64,000 bases of DNA from positions 24,080 through 88,079 of the IMG/VR virus record IMGVR_UViG_3300031963_009887; one strand, written 5' to 3'. The DNA comes from a virus. Its lineage: Duplodnaviria; Caudoviricetes. Both the position numbers and the translations under genes were made by a program. Below are positions 30,323-40,047 of this stretch, piece by piece. Under the pieces are notes generated by a model. It saw nothing but the letters and a program-made list of their open reading frames with translations, had not been told where the DNA came from and did not search any database. Every line of letters starts with the position of its first letter. Positions within the stretch are counted from its first letter, which is position 1.

Positions 30323-30647
30323 AGATAGTTGTATAGTTCCTGTATCAACATTGAGAAATGCTTTATTGGTACTACAACAAAGAAATAATTGTTATGAAGA
30401 AATAAAAATTGTTAGAGATTCAGTTTCAATTATGAGTCAACAATTAGTATTGAAAGATTCAATCATTAGTAACAACAACGAAACAATAAACCTTTATATT
30501 GACAGTGAAAAAAAATATATTGAAACTGTTAAATTAAAAGAATCAATTGCTGAAGAATACAAACGAGCGTACATTAAACAAAGAAACCTTAAGTGGGGTG
30601 GAATTGCTATTGGTACAATAGGTGTTATTTTTGCAGTCATTAAATAA
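30237..30647 (+). CDS. Signal peptide, coiled coil and C-terminal TM protein (spanin-like partner?)
   Basis: MKKILLILTVFL... and a C-terminal WGGIAIGTIGVIFAV segment. Confidence 0.5.
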   Translation: MKKILLILTVFLTMMSPIYSQKSSPNLSKDSCIVPVSTLRNALLVLQQRNNCYEEIKIVRDSVSIMSQQLVLKDSIISNNNETINLYIDSEKKYIETVKLKESIAEEYKRAYIKQRNLKWGGIAIGTIGVIFAVIK

Positions 30648-30654
30648 GTTTAAT

Positions 30655-31335
30655 ATGAATATTGTAACAAAACAATTTCAAGATAGTTTACAAAAGGTAG
30701 GTGCACAATTAACATCACCTGAAGCTAAAAAACAAGTTAGGGACTTGTATAGTAAAATTGAGACTAAAGAGACTACAAGTACTGGTGGTGGGGGTTATGA
30801 AGGACCATTATCGGGACCTAAAATGTCTATGTGGGCTGATGAGGCACCAAAGAAAATTCAAGCAAAAGGTGGACCTGTTGAAGAAGAAAAAGAATTAGAC
30901 GAAAAATGGTCTGAAAAGTATAAAAAAAGTATTAATTGTAATAACCCAAAAGGATTCAGTCAAAAAGCTCATTGTCAAGGTAAAAAGAAACATATGAAAG
31001 AAGAAGACACCGAAATTGAAAAAGGTGAATTCAAAGAAGCAACTGGTTCGGCGTCATCAGGTTCATATGTTGGTGCTTCTTTTTTAGCTAAAAACAGTAA
31101 GAATTGGAGAGGTGGTGCAAAACCATTATACAAAGGTGGAAAATTTGTTAGGGTTAAAAAGAAATGTAAGAATTTCCCATATTGTAATCAGGGTGATATT
31201 AAAGCTTTGAAAATGTGGGAAGACAATAATTTAACGGAAGCAATTAAAAACGTTGCAAAAAATAAAAATATTCATGAAAATATTGTAAGAGCAATACTTT
31301 TACACGAGATTGAAGAAACTATTTTCAAGGATTAA
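30655..31335 (+). CDS. Hypothetical modular protein with EKWSEKYKKSINCNNPKGFSQKAHC motif
   Basis: Short modules separated by LDE/FKE/LTE sites. Confidence 0.7.
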   Translation: MNIVTKQFQDSLQKVGAQLTSPEAKKQVRDLYSKIETKETTSTGGGGYEGPLSGPKMSMWADEAPKKIQAKGGPVEEEKELDEKWSEKYKKSINCNNPKGFSQKAHCQGKKKHMKEEDTEIEKGEFKEATGSASSGSYVGASFLAKNSKNWRGGAKPLYKGGKFVRVKKKCKNFPYCNQGDIKALKMWEDNNLTEAIKNVAKNKNIHENIVRAILLHEIEETIFKD

Positions 31336-31360
31336 ACTATTTATATAGAAATAAATTAAC

Positions 31361-33157
31361 ATGGAAAACAAAATTTTAAATTTACTTAAGAAGATTATCA
31401 AGGAAGATGAAGATACTTTCATTGATATTACTGATATGGATGACGATTCTGCTGCTGAAACAGTTATATCTAAAAAAGATATATTTAAGAAATTAAGAGA
31501 TAAGATGTCAGATAAAGATAGAACACCAGCTGGGTTTGAATACGGTGAGATTGTTTCAGGTGAAATGGGTGAAGAAAACATATTCAAGAAAATGTTTGGT
31601 AAAAAAGAAGACCCTGAAGTTGCTCGTGAAAAAGACAGAAAAGAAAACCCATATTTAGGAAATTTAGGATATGACTATGACGATATTAGGGGTTGGCACT
31701 ATGTTGGACCTGGTCAGGGTAGATTTGACAACAGAGACTCAGAAGATATGGAAATTGAAGAAGGTATGTATGGTTCATTTGGTGACCCTAAAAGAAAAGA
31801 TTTTAAAGGTGATGAATACCGTGACGAAAAAGACAGACCAGTTAGAAGTGGAGATATCTATGGTATAGGTGGTGATGATTTTGATACTGAAGAATTTGAT
31901 ACTTTTAAACAATTATATGACAAATATGGTGATAAACAATCTTGGTTTAATAAAAGAGATGGTGAAACAATGTTTAACAAATATAGAGAAATGACAGGTA
32001 AACCATTTAAGGTAAAAACAAGAAAAAATGAAATTGGTGAAGCTATGTATGGTTCATTTGGTGACCCTAAAAGAAAAGATTTTAAAGGTGATGAATACCG
32101 TGACGAAAAAGACAGACCGGTTAGAAGTGGAGATATCTATGGTATAGGTGGTGATGATTTTGATACTGAAGAATTTGATACTTTTCAGCAATTATATGAC
32201 AAATATGGCGATAAACAATCTTGGTTTAATAAAAGAAATGGTGAAACAATGTTTAACAAATATAGAGAAATGACAGGTAAACCATTTAAGGTAAAAACAA
32301 GAAAAAATGAAATGGGTGAAAACGAAGTGGGGGAAGGTAACGCATTTTCAGGAGCTTTAGCAAATGCTAAAAAAGATGGTAAAAGTTCTTTTGAAGTTGA
32401 CGGAAAAACATATCAAGTAAAAGAAAGTAAAAATAAAAATACTAAAGAAAAAGTTGTTTTTACAGAATCTGAATTAATTAACTTTATTGAAAGATTAGTT
32501 GAAGCTGAAAAAGTTGTAGACAAAGGGTTTAAAACCGCAATGAATACAACTAAGAAAGAAAATACAGATGCTATGAAACAAGTAGCGGCTAAAATGAAGG
32601 ATTACATGAAAAACATGGGTACTGAATATGAAGAAAACCCACAGTCATTTCCTAAAGGTAATAAAATTATGTCAAGAGAAGATTTTGGTAAAGAAGTTTC
32701 TGATGACAAGAAAAATGCTTATGACGCATCGAACGCTGTAGATGAATATATAGATGCTTTCGCGTATCCTGGTCAAACAAATTTAGTATTTGATGAAATC
32801 AAACCTGATGATACTAAAATTGAAAAGTACTTAAAAGGTCACTCAACTACTGGTAACGCACAAGTTGATGAAGACGGTAACGCTTTAGGTAATGTAGTAC
32901 CAAGTGAAGTAGGTGAAAAATTCTACAAGAATTATAAAGAAAATTTATATGGTGCAGAACAAATGAACGCATCTTATAAGAGACAACCAGCACCTGTTGA
33001 CATTGCTGGTAGTGAAAAATCAAACGGTAATTTGAAATCGTTGAAAGCAACACAACAAATTTTTAACAAGCTTGAAGAGTCAGTTGAAAACAAAAAAGTA
33101 ATCAGTGATATGGAAAAAATGAAAAATCTTATTGATTACAACAGAAAAACTCAATAA
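31361..33157 (+). CDS. Large acidic/basic low-complexity protein with an internal 93-aa tandem duplication; probable internal head or scaffold-type protein
   Basis: Leader ..LLKKIIKE, internal VVFTESELINFIERLVE, TATTTAT upstream. Confidence 0.7.
   Translation: MENKILNLLKKIIKEDEDTFIDITDMDDDSAAETVISKKDIFKKLRDKMSDKDRTPAGFEYGEIVSGEMGEENIFKKMFGKKEDPEVAREKDRKENPYLGNLGYDYDDIRGWHYVGPGQGRFDNRDSEDMEIEEGMYGSFGDPKRKDFKGDEYRDEKDRPVRSGDIYGIGGDDFDTEEFDTFKQLYDKYGDKQSWFNKRDGETMFNKYREMTGKPFKVKTRKNEIGEAMYGSFGDPKRKDFKGDEYRDEKDRPVRSGDIYGIGGDDFDTEEFDTFQQLYDKYGDKQSWFNKRNGETMFNKYREMTGKPFKVKTRKNEMGENEVGEGNAFSGALANAKKDGKSSFEVDGKTYQVKESKNKNTKEKVVFTESELINFIERLVEAEKVVDKGFKTAMNTTKKENTDAMKQVAAKMKDYMKNMGTEYEENPQSFPKGNKIMSREDFGKEVSDDKKNAYDASNAVDEYIDAFAYPGQTNLVFDEIKPDDTKIEKYLKGHSTTGNAQVDEDGNALGNVVPSEVGEKFYKNYKENLYGAEQMNASYKRQPAPVDIAGSEKSNGNLKSLKATQQIFNKLEESVENKKVISDMEKMKNLIDYNRKTQ
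31765..32320 (+). repeat. 279-bp near-perfect tandem duplication (2 copies)
   Basis: Copies start at 31765 and 32044; only a handful of substitutions (cca/ccg, aaa/cag, ggt/ggc, gat/aat). Confidence 0.95.
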
Positions 33158-33204
33158 AAAATTTAATCTTTTCTTTATTTGGTCCATAGGTATATTTCTT
33201 TATA

Positions 33205-33690
33205 ATGAAGAAGTATAATATGGACCAATTTTTTAATTGGCTAGCTAAACCGATGAACTACGAAGAAATTGATGCTTGGTATAAAGCAAACAATATTATT
33301 CCTGAATTAAGTGATTTATTCAGAGATTTTTGTTTCTCATTACTTAACTTGGTTCAAGACACTTATTTAGGTGATACATCCAATGACAATAAAGAAACCA
33401 ATATTGGATTAACTTTAGAAGATAAAGAATCACATTTCATTTGGTGTTGGAATAAAACAGTTGAAAACTTTTCAAAAGAAAACATATTCTTTGTTAAAAC
33501 TGACGAGAGTTATGAATACTTCAAAAGTTTTTTTATGGATGTATTTTATAACCAAGACCAAGAAGTTGTCAAAAATTCTTTAAATGATTTTTTTACATCA
33601 ATATTCTCGAGAAAAAATCAACATTCAAAATCTGATATTGAGATGTTTACTGAGTTGTACAAACTATTAGAAAAAAGTTTAGAAGTTTAA
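33205..33690 (+). CDS. Hypothetical protein
   Basis: 161-aa ORF. Confidence 0.7.
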   Translation: MKKYNMDQFFNWLAKPMNYEEIDAWYKANNIIPELSDLFRDFCFSLLNLVQDTYLGDTSNDNKETNIGLTLEDKESHFIWCWNKTVENFSKENIFFVKTDESYEYFKSFFMDVFYNQDQEVVKNSLNDFFTSIFSRKNQHSKSDIEMFTELYKLLEKSLEV

Positions 33691-33772
33691 TTTTTCTTTA
33701 TTCTCTTTACTACCAGCATAATAAAATTAAAATTATCTAAAATAAAAAATAAATTAAAAAACAATTATAAAG

Positions 33773-33949
33773 ATGGAAACATTAGAAAAAATCAAAGTTC
33801 TTGTTGAAACATTGTCAGTTGATACTAACAAATTTTACGCAGGAAACAAATCAGCGGGAACAAGAGCAAGAAAAACTTGTCAAGAGTTGAAAGCATTAGC
33901 ACAAGCACTAAGAGCTGAAATTTTGGATTCAAAGAAAGATGGTGAATAA
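33773..33949 (+). CDS. Histone H1-like nucleoid protein of the Hc1 family (58 aa; not in the ORF track)
   Basis: KFYAGNKSAGTRARKTCQELKALAQALR carries the GNK(S/A)AGTRARK Hc1 signature. Confidence 0.8.
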   Translation: METLEKIKVLVETLSVDTNKFYAGNKSAGTRARKTCQELKALAQALRAEILDSKKDGE

Positions 33950-34130
33950 TATTTTATATTATATTGCAACATTTGTATTTGTATTCTCAATTCTGAGTTT
34001 ACTCAGATTATCTATTAGATTTGTAAGTTCTCTCATCTCATTCACTAAAATGGAGATGAGTTTGGGGGAACTTACATACTATGGTTTGACATTGTCGTAT
34101 TTAATTACTTATATTGTTTTTGGACTATGA
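33939..34130 (+). CDS. Small two-TM membrane protein
   Basis: Two hydrophobic segments; coupled to neighbours. Confidence 0.6.
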   Translation: MVNNILYYIATFVFVFSILSLLRLSIRFVSSLISFTKMEMSLGELTYYGLTLSYLITYIVFGL

Positions 34131-34528
34131 GTTTATACAAAGAAATTGAAAACATTGTTGATTATTGTGCATCGATAAGAAAACTTAAAACTTATTTAAG
34201 TTTTGATATGGTATTTCCTGCGAGTTGGGCGGTATTAAAAAGTCAGGTTGATGAAACCAAAACAGTATTCAATAAATCTGACGATAAAAGTAAAAACATT
34301 TCGTTTGTTTCTGAAATAAACGAAGAATCAATATCTGAAACAATCAATAATATTGAAACAGTTATTAATTACAATAAGGAGAAAGAGGAAAAAGAAAGAC
34401 TTTTCAAAGAAAAGGTTAATGAATTAAAAACTTTATTTGAAAAAGGTGGATTGGAAGATTTGAAAAATTTAAAATTTGACGTAGATGACATCCCAAAACT
34501 CGAATCAGAACAAGAATCCATATCTTGA
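34127..34528 (+). CDS. Hypothetical protein
   Basis: ORF track. Confidence 0.65.
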   Translation: MSLYKEIENIVDYCASIRKLKTYLSFDMVFPASWAVLKSQVDETKTVFNKSDDKSKNISFVSEINEESISETINNIETVINYNKEKEEKERLFKEKVNELKTLFEKGGLEDLKNLKFDVDDIPKLESEQESIS

Positions 34529-34712
34529 TAAATTATTGGATTGGTATGACAAGTCAAAACTTCAGGACCAAAATGAAATCCAATTACAAAAAGAAAATTT
34601 TGTTAAAAGCTTAAAAACTATTAATAAAGAAGATATTAAAAATACAATTGATATTGAACCAACAGACATTTCGTTATGGAAGAGAATAAAGAAAACTCTA
34701 GGGATTGGTTAA
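34485..34712 (+). CDS. Hypothetical protein
   Basis: ORF track; overlapping operon arrangement. Confidence 0.5.
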   Translation: MTSQNSNQNKNPYLDKLLDWYDKSKLQDQNEIQLQKENFVKSLKTINKEDIKNTIDIEPTDISLWKRIKKTLGIG

Positions 34713-34900
34713 CACAGTTGGCTGAACTAACAGAATCAATTGAAAATACATTTATTTCAGGACACAGCAAGATTATAGTGGAATTACCTGAAGAAAAATT
34801 TAGAAAATTACAAACTAATTTTAGGGAAATTGACAAAGGAAATAATGAAATTGTTATTTCGATTTCAGACGTTGATTTTACTTTCGTTCTGAAAAAGTAG
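34676..34900 (+). CDS. Hypothetical protein
   Basis: ORF track. Confidence 0.55.
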   Translation: MEENKENSRDWLTQLAELTESIENTFISGHSKIIVELPEEKFRKLQTNFREIDKGNNEIVISISDVDFTFVLKK

Positions 34901-35519
34901 TAGATTGTCTATACAATCTTTTTTTATCTATACCCAATTTTTCCAAATGTTCATACAGATACTTTCTTTGTATAGTATCCATGTCTTTAACAAATATTGC
35001 GTCTGCCCTTTTTAACCTAATAAATTCATCCTGTAATAACATTAATAACCTTTGTGACTCATCAACATTTTTCAATGAATATATTGATGTATCATCGTCT
35101 TTTTGAATGACAATTTTATTATTAACGGTAAAAACATTCTTTAAATCTTTGTTGGTAAAATGTTTTTTAAAGAATTCATCATATGTAATTCTTTTATTTG
35201 TTGACCAATCCTGTAATTTTTCAGGTATTCTATATTTGTGAATTTTAATTATCTGTAAATCAGAATCATCAAGGTTTACCCTAACATTTCTACCAATATC
35301 ATCTTGAGAGAATAATTGAAATTGGGTATCAATAGTTTTAGATAATAAACCAACTTCATACGTTACATCCAATGAGTTTTCAACCTCAACATTAAACTTT
35401 ACTTGGTCAGATTGCTCACAAATTTTCTTAAAATACAATTCCGCAACATTTTTTCTAACAAAAGATTTGATGATTTTTTTTCTTTTCTTATTCTTAAACA
35501 ATACAACAATGTAATTCAT
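34878..35519 (-). CDS. Hypothetical protein
   Basis: 213-aa ORF; its start codon overlaps the dnaJ ATG. Confidence 0.7.
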   Translation of the reverse strand: MNYIVVLFKNKKRKKIIKSFVRKNVAELYFKKICEQSDQVKFNVEVENSLDVTYEVGLLSKTIDTQFQLFSQDDIGRNVRVNLDDSDLQIIKIHKYRIPEKLQDWSTNKRITYDEFFKKHFTNKDLKNVFTVNNKIVIQKDDDTSIYSLKNVDESQRLLMLLQDEFIRLKRADAIFVKDMDTIQRKYLYEHLEKLGIDKKRLYRQSTTFSERK

Positions 35520-36525
35520 GAAAGATTTCTACTCAATATTAGGTGTTAATGAAAAAGCTTCCCAAGAGGAAATAAAGAAAGCCTATAGGAAATTAAGTAA
35601 GCAATTCCACCCAGATGTAAACCCTGAAGGTGCTGATAGGTTTAAGGAAATAGCTGAAGCGTATGACACAATTGGTACTGAATCAAAAAGACAAGAATAT
35701 GATAATAAAAAAAACAACCCATTTGGCGGTATGTTTAATGGTTCAGGTGGTGGAGGTATGGATGACTTGTTTTCAATGTTTAACGGTGGATTTAATCCAT
35801 TTCAACAAAGGAGAAGACAAAGAGCTCCTGACAAAGTATTGAACGTACATGTAACACCCTCTGAATCAATGTTGGGGTCAAACAAAAAGATTAATTACCA
35901 CAAAAAAGAACAATGTAGCGTTTGTAGTGGTAATGGTGGAAAACGTGAACAATGTATGACTTGTCAAGGAAGGGGTGTTGTTCAACAACAGTTTAATTTT
36001 GGTGGTCAGATACACGTTCAGACCCACGATTGTCCATCTTGTAAGGGTCAGGGTTCAGTATTGATTGAAACGTGTTTTACGTGCAATGGCAATGGTCACA
36101 AACCAACATTTGCATCCATAGATATTAATATACCACGTTCATTAGACAATGGTGATTTCTTGAGGGTTCCAAATGCCGGTGATTATCAAAATAGTGTTGG
36201 GGTTGGTGATTTGGTAATTCAAATCAGATTAAACCCTGATGAAAATTTTGAGAAAATTGGCGCTGACTTATATGCTAACATAAGAGTATCACCAGAAGAT
36301 TTTATAACTGAAAATAGTTTTAAAATACCACACCCTGAAGGTGAGTTAATGATTAAGGTACCTGTTGATACTTTAACAACTGAAAAACCATTGAGAATTA
36401 AAGGTAAAGGATATTATATCAATGAAGGAAGGGGTGATTTGATAGTCAAAATACATGTGAATCGTTCATTGAGTAAAATTACTGAAGAACAAAAAGAAAA
36501 AATCTTGAGTATATTAAAAAAGTGA
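35518..36525 (+). CDS. dnaJ: Chaperone DnaJ (J domain, G/F region, four CxxCxGxG, C-domain)
   Basis: KKAYRKLSKQFHPD, four zinc-finger repeats, GDL..., LRIKGKG. Confidence 0.92.
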   Translation: MKDFYSILGVNEKASQEEIKKAYRKLSKQFHPDVNPEGADRFKEIAEAYDTIGTESKRQEYDNKKNNPFGGMFNGSGGGGMDDLFSMFNGGFNPFQQRRRQRAPDKVLNVHVTPSESMLGSNKKINYHKKEQCSVCSGNGGKREQCMTCQGRGVVQQQFNFGGQIHVQTHDCPSCKGQGSVLIETCFTCNGNGHKPTFASIDINIPRSLDNGDFLRVPNAGDYQNSVGVGDLVIQIRLNPDENFEKIGADLYANIRVSPEDFITENSFKIPHPEGELMIKVPVDTLTTEKPLRIKGKGYYINEGRGDLIVKIHVNRSLSKITEEQKEKILSILKK

Positions 36526-36651
36526 TAAGATGAACTTATATAGTTCAATTGTACCTAACACAGATGTTATTAGTAGATAAACTGAAATAACCGTTACAAA
36601 AGTATTATAACGAGTTAACGGTTTCTTTTTACATTGCTTACATTCTGACAT
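36514..36651 (-). CDS. Small CxxC plus TM peptide (MSECKQCKKK...)
   Basis: Hand-translated 45-aa ORF filling the gap. Confidence 0.45.
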   Translation of the reverse strand: MSECKQCKKKPLTRYNTFVTVISVYLLITSVLGTIELYKFILSLF

Positions 36652-36730
36652 AATCATAAGTATATTAAAATAAAAATATCAGTAAATATTATTTACATTT
36701 TAACGCACTTTTCTGATATTTATATTATAC

Positions 36731-36895
36731 ATGACAACAAAAAGAAAACCTTATAAAGACGAAAAAGATAAAAAAGTAAAATACGGAATTAGTATTGACC
36801 GACATCTGTTTGATAAGATGAAAAACGAAGAAATTAGTGTTTCTAAGTTTATTCAAAATTTAGTTAAAAAACATTATGAAAAAGAAAATATATAA
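36731..36895 (+). CDS. Small ribbon-helix-helix-like DNA-binding protein (54 aa)
   Basis: KVKYGISIDRHLFDKMKNEEISVSKFIQNLV: beta-alpha-alpha pattern; TATTTAT upstream; overlaps the endonuclease start. Confidence 0.55.
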   Translation: MTTKRKPYKDEKDKKVKYGISIDRHLFDKMKNEEISVSKFIQNLVKKHYEKENI

Positions 36896-37559
36896 TGAAA
36901 ATTATTTTGAAACAATAGACAGTGAAGAAAAAGCTTACTTTTTGGGATTTATATTTGCGGATGGGTGCGTAACCAACGACCCAAGAAAACACCGATATCA
37001 ATTAACTTTAAAATTACATAGTAAAGATGTTGGTATCTTAGAGAAATTTATTAAATCCATTGACGGTGAAATGAATGTTTGGAAAAACAAAAAAAGAGAA
37101 ACTTGTGAAGTTTTTATGTCTGGAAAAAAAATAATTAATGATTTAGAAAAATTGGGTGTATTACAAAATAAAACATTTTCTGTAAAATATCCTCAAATTA
37201 ATGAAAAATTTGAAAGACATTTTTTAAGGGGTTATTTTGATGGTGATGGATGCATAAGAATTAATACCGACAAAAGAGATGGTTCACAAAGAGGTGATTT
37301 AAAAATTGTTGGAGGGTCTTTGGATATGTTAAACAACATTAATGAAAGAATGAATTTATTGTTTGGTACAAACATTAACAAATTATACGGACCAAAAAAT
37401 AAAGAATATAAATTTATTGGATGGTCAGGAATGAAAGACATTGAAAATATATATTACGGATTTTATTTTGACTCAAACTTTTTTCTTCAAAGAAAAAGAC
37501 TTATATTTGACGAAGTAATTGAAACAATAAAAAATAAACAAAAATATAGAAAAAAATAA
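36876..37559 (+). mobile_element. Free-standing LAGLIDADG homing endonuclease
   Basis: AYFLGFIFADG and RHFLRGYFDGDG motifs. Confidence 0.85.
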
Positions 37560-37562
37560 GTT

Positions 37563-38405
37563 ATGGCATTAAGTTATATTGGTGGTAAAAGTAGAATAGG
37601 AAAATGGATAAATGAATTTTATCCAAAAGACATGGAAACATACGTAGAAACATTTGGTGGAATGTTTTGGTGTTTTTTTAATATGGATTTAAAAAAATTT
37701 CCAAATTTAAAAGAAGTTGTTTATAACGACTTTAATCCTCTAAATTACAATCTATTTAGATGTATTCAGAACCCTTCAGAACTATTAAAAGCTGTAAACA
37801 ACATACCATGTCAACAACGTGGTGAAAGCGTAACGCCATTAATTTACAAAGAACAATTTGATACATTCCAAAAAGAATTGTACGCATCTGGATTTACAGT
37901 AAATTATCCTGATTATGAAGTTGCCGCAAAATACGCATACATTCTTACATCAATCTTTAGCGGTTCAAAACCTGAATCATCTGGGTTTATTGACTTGAAA
38001 GGTAATTACAAATCAAAGTTTTTGACATTTAGGGACAAGTTAAGTAAACCTGATTGGGTTGAACACTTCAACAAAATAACAAAAGTTGAAAATATGGACT
38101 TTGCTGATGTTATTAAAAAGTATGACTCTGAATCTACTTACATTTATTTGGACCCACCGTATTGGAAAACTGAAAACTATTATTCTAATCATGACTTTGA
38201 CCGTGAAGACCACGAAAGGTTGGCAAAAGTATTACATGATGTTAAAGGTAAGTTTTCGTTGTCATATTATGACTTTGAATTGTTACACACATGGTTTCCT
38301 GAATCAGAATACACTTGGAAAATGAAAGAGTTTGCTAAGGCGGCTTCTGCAAAAAAAGGTGTAACACAAAATATGGGACAAGAATTATTGATTATGAACT
38401 ATTAA
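37563..38405 (+). CDS. dam: Dam-like (D12 class) N6-adenine DNA methyltransferase
   Basis: LSYIGGKSR, YVETFGG, YNDFN, IYLDPPY. Confidence 0.85.
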   Translation: MALSYIGGKSRIGKWINEFYPKDMETYVETFGGMFWCFFNMDLKKFPNLKEVVYNDFNPLNYNLFRCIQNPSELLKAVNNIPCQQRGESVTPLIYKEQFDTFQKELYASGFTVNYPDYEVAAKYAYILTSIFSGSKPESSGFIDLKGNYKSKFLTFRDKLSKPDWVEHFNKITKVENMDFADVIKKYDSESTYIYLDPPYWKTENYYSNHDFDREDHERLAKVLHDVKGKFSLSYYDFELLHTWFPESEYTWKMKEFAKAASAKKGVTQNMGQELLIMNY

Positions 38406-38449
38406 TTTTCTACTTATTAAGATATTTATTTTAAAAGATATTCTAAATT

Positions 38450-39733
38450 ATGAAATTCACAGAAATGTTAAAAACTATCATCAATGAAGATGTTCGTTCA
38501 GAACTCTTCTTGAAGAAGTTTACTGAGCCAACAGTTGATAAAAAAACAGGTAAAAAAATTAGACCTGTTTTGACACCTAATGAGTTATTGATATTAATTG
38601 CCAATGACCCAACATCAAGAGTTGAGGAAAATCCTGAAAATTTTAACCAAGTTAAAAAGACTGGTGGATATGTTCAATGGATGATTAATCAAATTAAAAG
38701 ATTACGTCCTGAAGGTGTTGGTAAAAATATTACAGGAGAATCACAAGGAAGAATTGATTTATTTTTTGAGGATTTATATAAGGTTAAAGATGATTTAATT
38801 AAATTTGAAAGATTCAAGAATCAATTACCTGTTGACAAAAGAGATATTAATAAATTGACCTCAGACGAACTTTATGATTTGGTTAAAGATTTTTCATTAG
38901 AAAAAGCGACAACAACTAAAGCAGAAAGAAAAGATGCTAAATATTCACATCCTGGTGGTTCATTTGAAGTTGAAACACCAAACTATGTAATTACAAAAAT
39001 TACAAGAACAGATGAATTGGGTAAAGAAGCGGCTTGTTTCTACGGTGGTCAAAATAAAGAAACAAGATGGTGCACATCAGCACCAGGTTTGTCTTATTTT
39101 GAAAGATATATCAAAGACGGTCCATTGTACCAGATTTACGACAAAAACTCTGAACCATCTAAAGATACTGGATTACCAACAAATAGATGGCAATTCCATT
39201 TCCAAAGTTCTCAATTCATGGACAAGGATGACCGTTCAATCAACTTAGTTGAGTTTTTAAATCAAACTGACAAAGAAGTAAAAGAATACTTCAAACCTCA
39301 GTTTATGGAAAATATGACCAAGAGTTCAGGTAAAGGAGGAACATCGGTTGATGTTGAATTCCCAAGAAGCCCAGCAGCACAATTCATTGCGTTATATGGA
39401 TTTGATGAGTTCTTTGAATCATTGCCTGATACTATTACAAAAATGGATTTCTCAGGTGGAAATTCAGGTTCACAAGGTTTCCCATTACCAAAAACAATCG
39501 GTAGATTAACAAACCTTGAAGGACTTCACATTGATGGATTGATTAGTGAATTACCATCTGAAATATGTGACTGTAAGAAATTAAGATACTTGTCACTTCC
39601 AAACAACAAGAATCTTAAATCAATTCCTGAATGTTTGAAAGATTTACCAAATCTTAAATTGGTGAACTTCAAAGGATGTGATAGCTTAAAACTTCCTGAG
39701 GATTTGAAAGTGAAATTGAGAATTTGGGGTTAA
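38450..39733 (+). CDS. WCT-motif domain protein with C-terminal leucine-rich repeats
   Basis: ACFYGG..TRWCTSA..YFERYIKDGPLYQI; LRRs LPKTIGRLTNLEGLHI, LPSEICDCKKLRYLSL, IPECLKDLPNLKLVNF. Confidence 0.75.
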   Translation: MKFTEMLKTIINEDVRSELFLKKFTEPTVDKKTGKKIRPVLTPNELLILIANDPTSRVEENPENFNQVKKTGGYVQWMINQIKRLRPEGVGKNITGESQGRIDLFFEDLYKVKDDLIKFERFKNQLPVDKRDINKLTSDELYDLVKDFSLEKATTTKAERKDAKYSHPGGSFEVETPNYVITKITRTDELGKEAACFYGGQNKETRWCTSAPGLSYFERYIKDGPLYQIYDKNSEPSKDTGLPTNRWQFHFQSSQFMDKDDRSINLVEFLNQTDKEVKEYFKPQFMENMTKSSGKGGTSVDVEFPRSPAAQFIALYGFDEFFESLPDTITKMDFSGGNSGSQGFPLPKTIGRLTNLEGLHIDGLISELPSEICDCKKLRYLSLPNNKNLKSIPECLKDLPNLKLVNFKGCDSLKLPEDLKVKLRIWG

Positions 39734-39767
39734 TCTTTTGATTAACCCTTTTTTTTGTTTACCTTTG
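39727..39767 (+). promoter_or_regulatory. Terminator hairpin (39727-39756) overlapping a Bacteroidota-type promoter (TTTG 39737-39740; TACCTTTG 39760-39767)
   Basis: gggttaatc-tttt-gattaaccc plus T run; the -33 element lies in the hairpin loop. Confidence 0.7.
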
Positions 39768-39771
39768 TAGT

Positions 39772-40047
39772 ATGAATGTTGATGTTCAAATATATTTGTC
39801 CAACTTTAAATCATTTTTTAATAACAACCCAAATGACCTAATTAATTTAATTGGTGATGGTGATAAGGATATGTTTTTTGAATTGGTTGAGGGTACGGTT
39901 ATAGAAAACTATGACAAAGGTGAGGATTTAGAGTTGACCAAAAAACAATTAATTGATATTATGTTAATCCTTACCAAAGACAGGGTTGAAGAAAAAGTTG
40001 AAAATTTTATCTTAAAAGGACCTTACGGTGATATATTCTTAAACTAA
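39772..40047 (+). CDS. Hypothetical protein
   Basis: ORF starts 4 nt after the -7 element. Confidence 0.7.
   Translation: MNVDVQIYLSNFKSFFNNNPNDLINLIGDGDKDMFFELVEGTVIENYDKGEDLELTKKQLIDIMLILTKDRVEEKVENFILKGPYGDIFLN

Noticed and set aside
31765-32320. Direct repeats as a CRISPR array or insertion-sequence ends
   Set aside because: Two contiguous in-frame 279-bp copies with no spacers, terminal inverted repeats or transposase; no CRISPR array or cas operon seen anywhere in the window
36876-37559. LAGLIDADG ORF as part of an intein or group I intron
   Set aside because: It has its own start and stop, no intein splicing residues, no interrupted host gene and no flanking intron core
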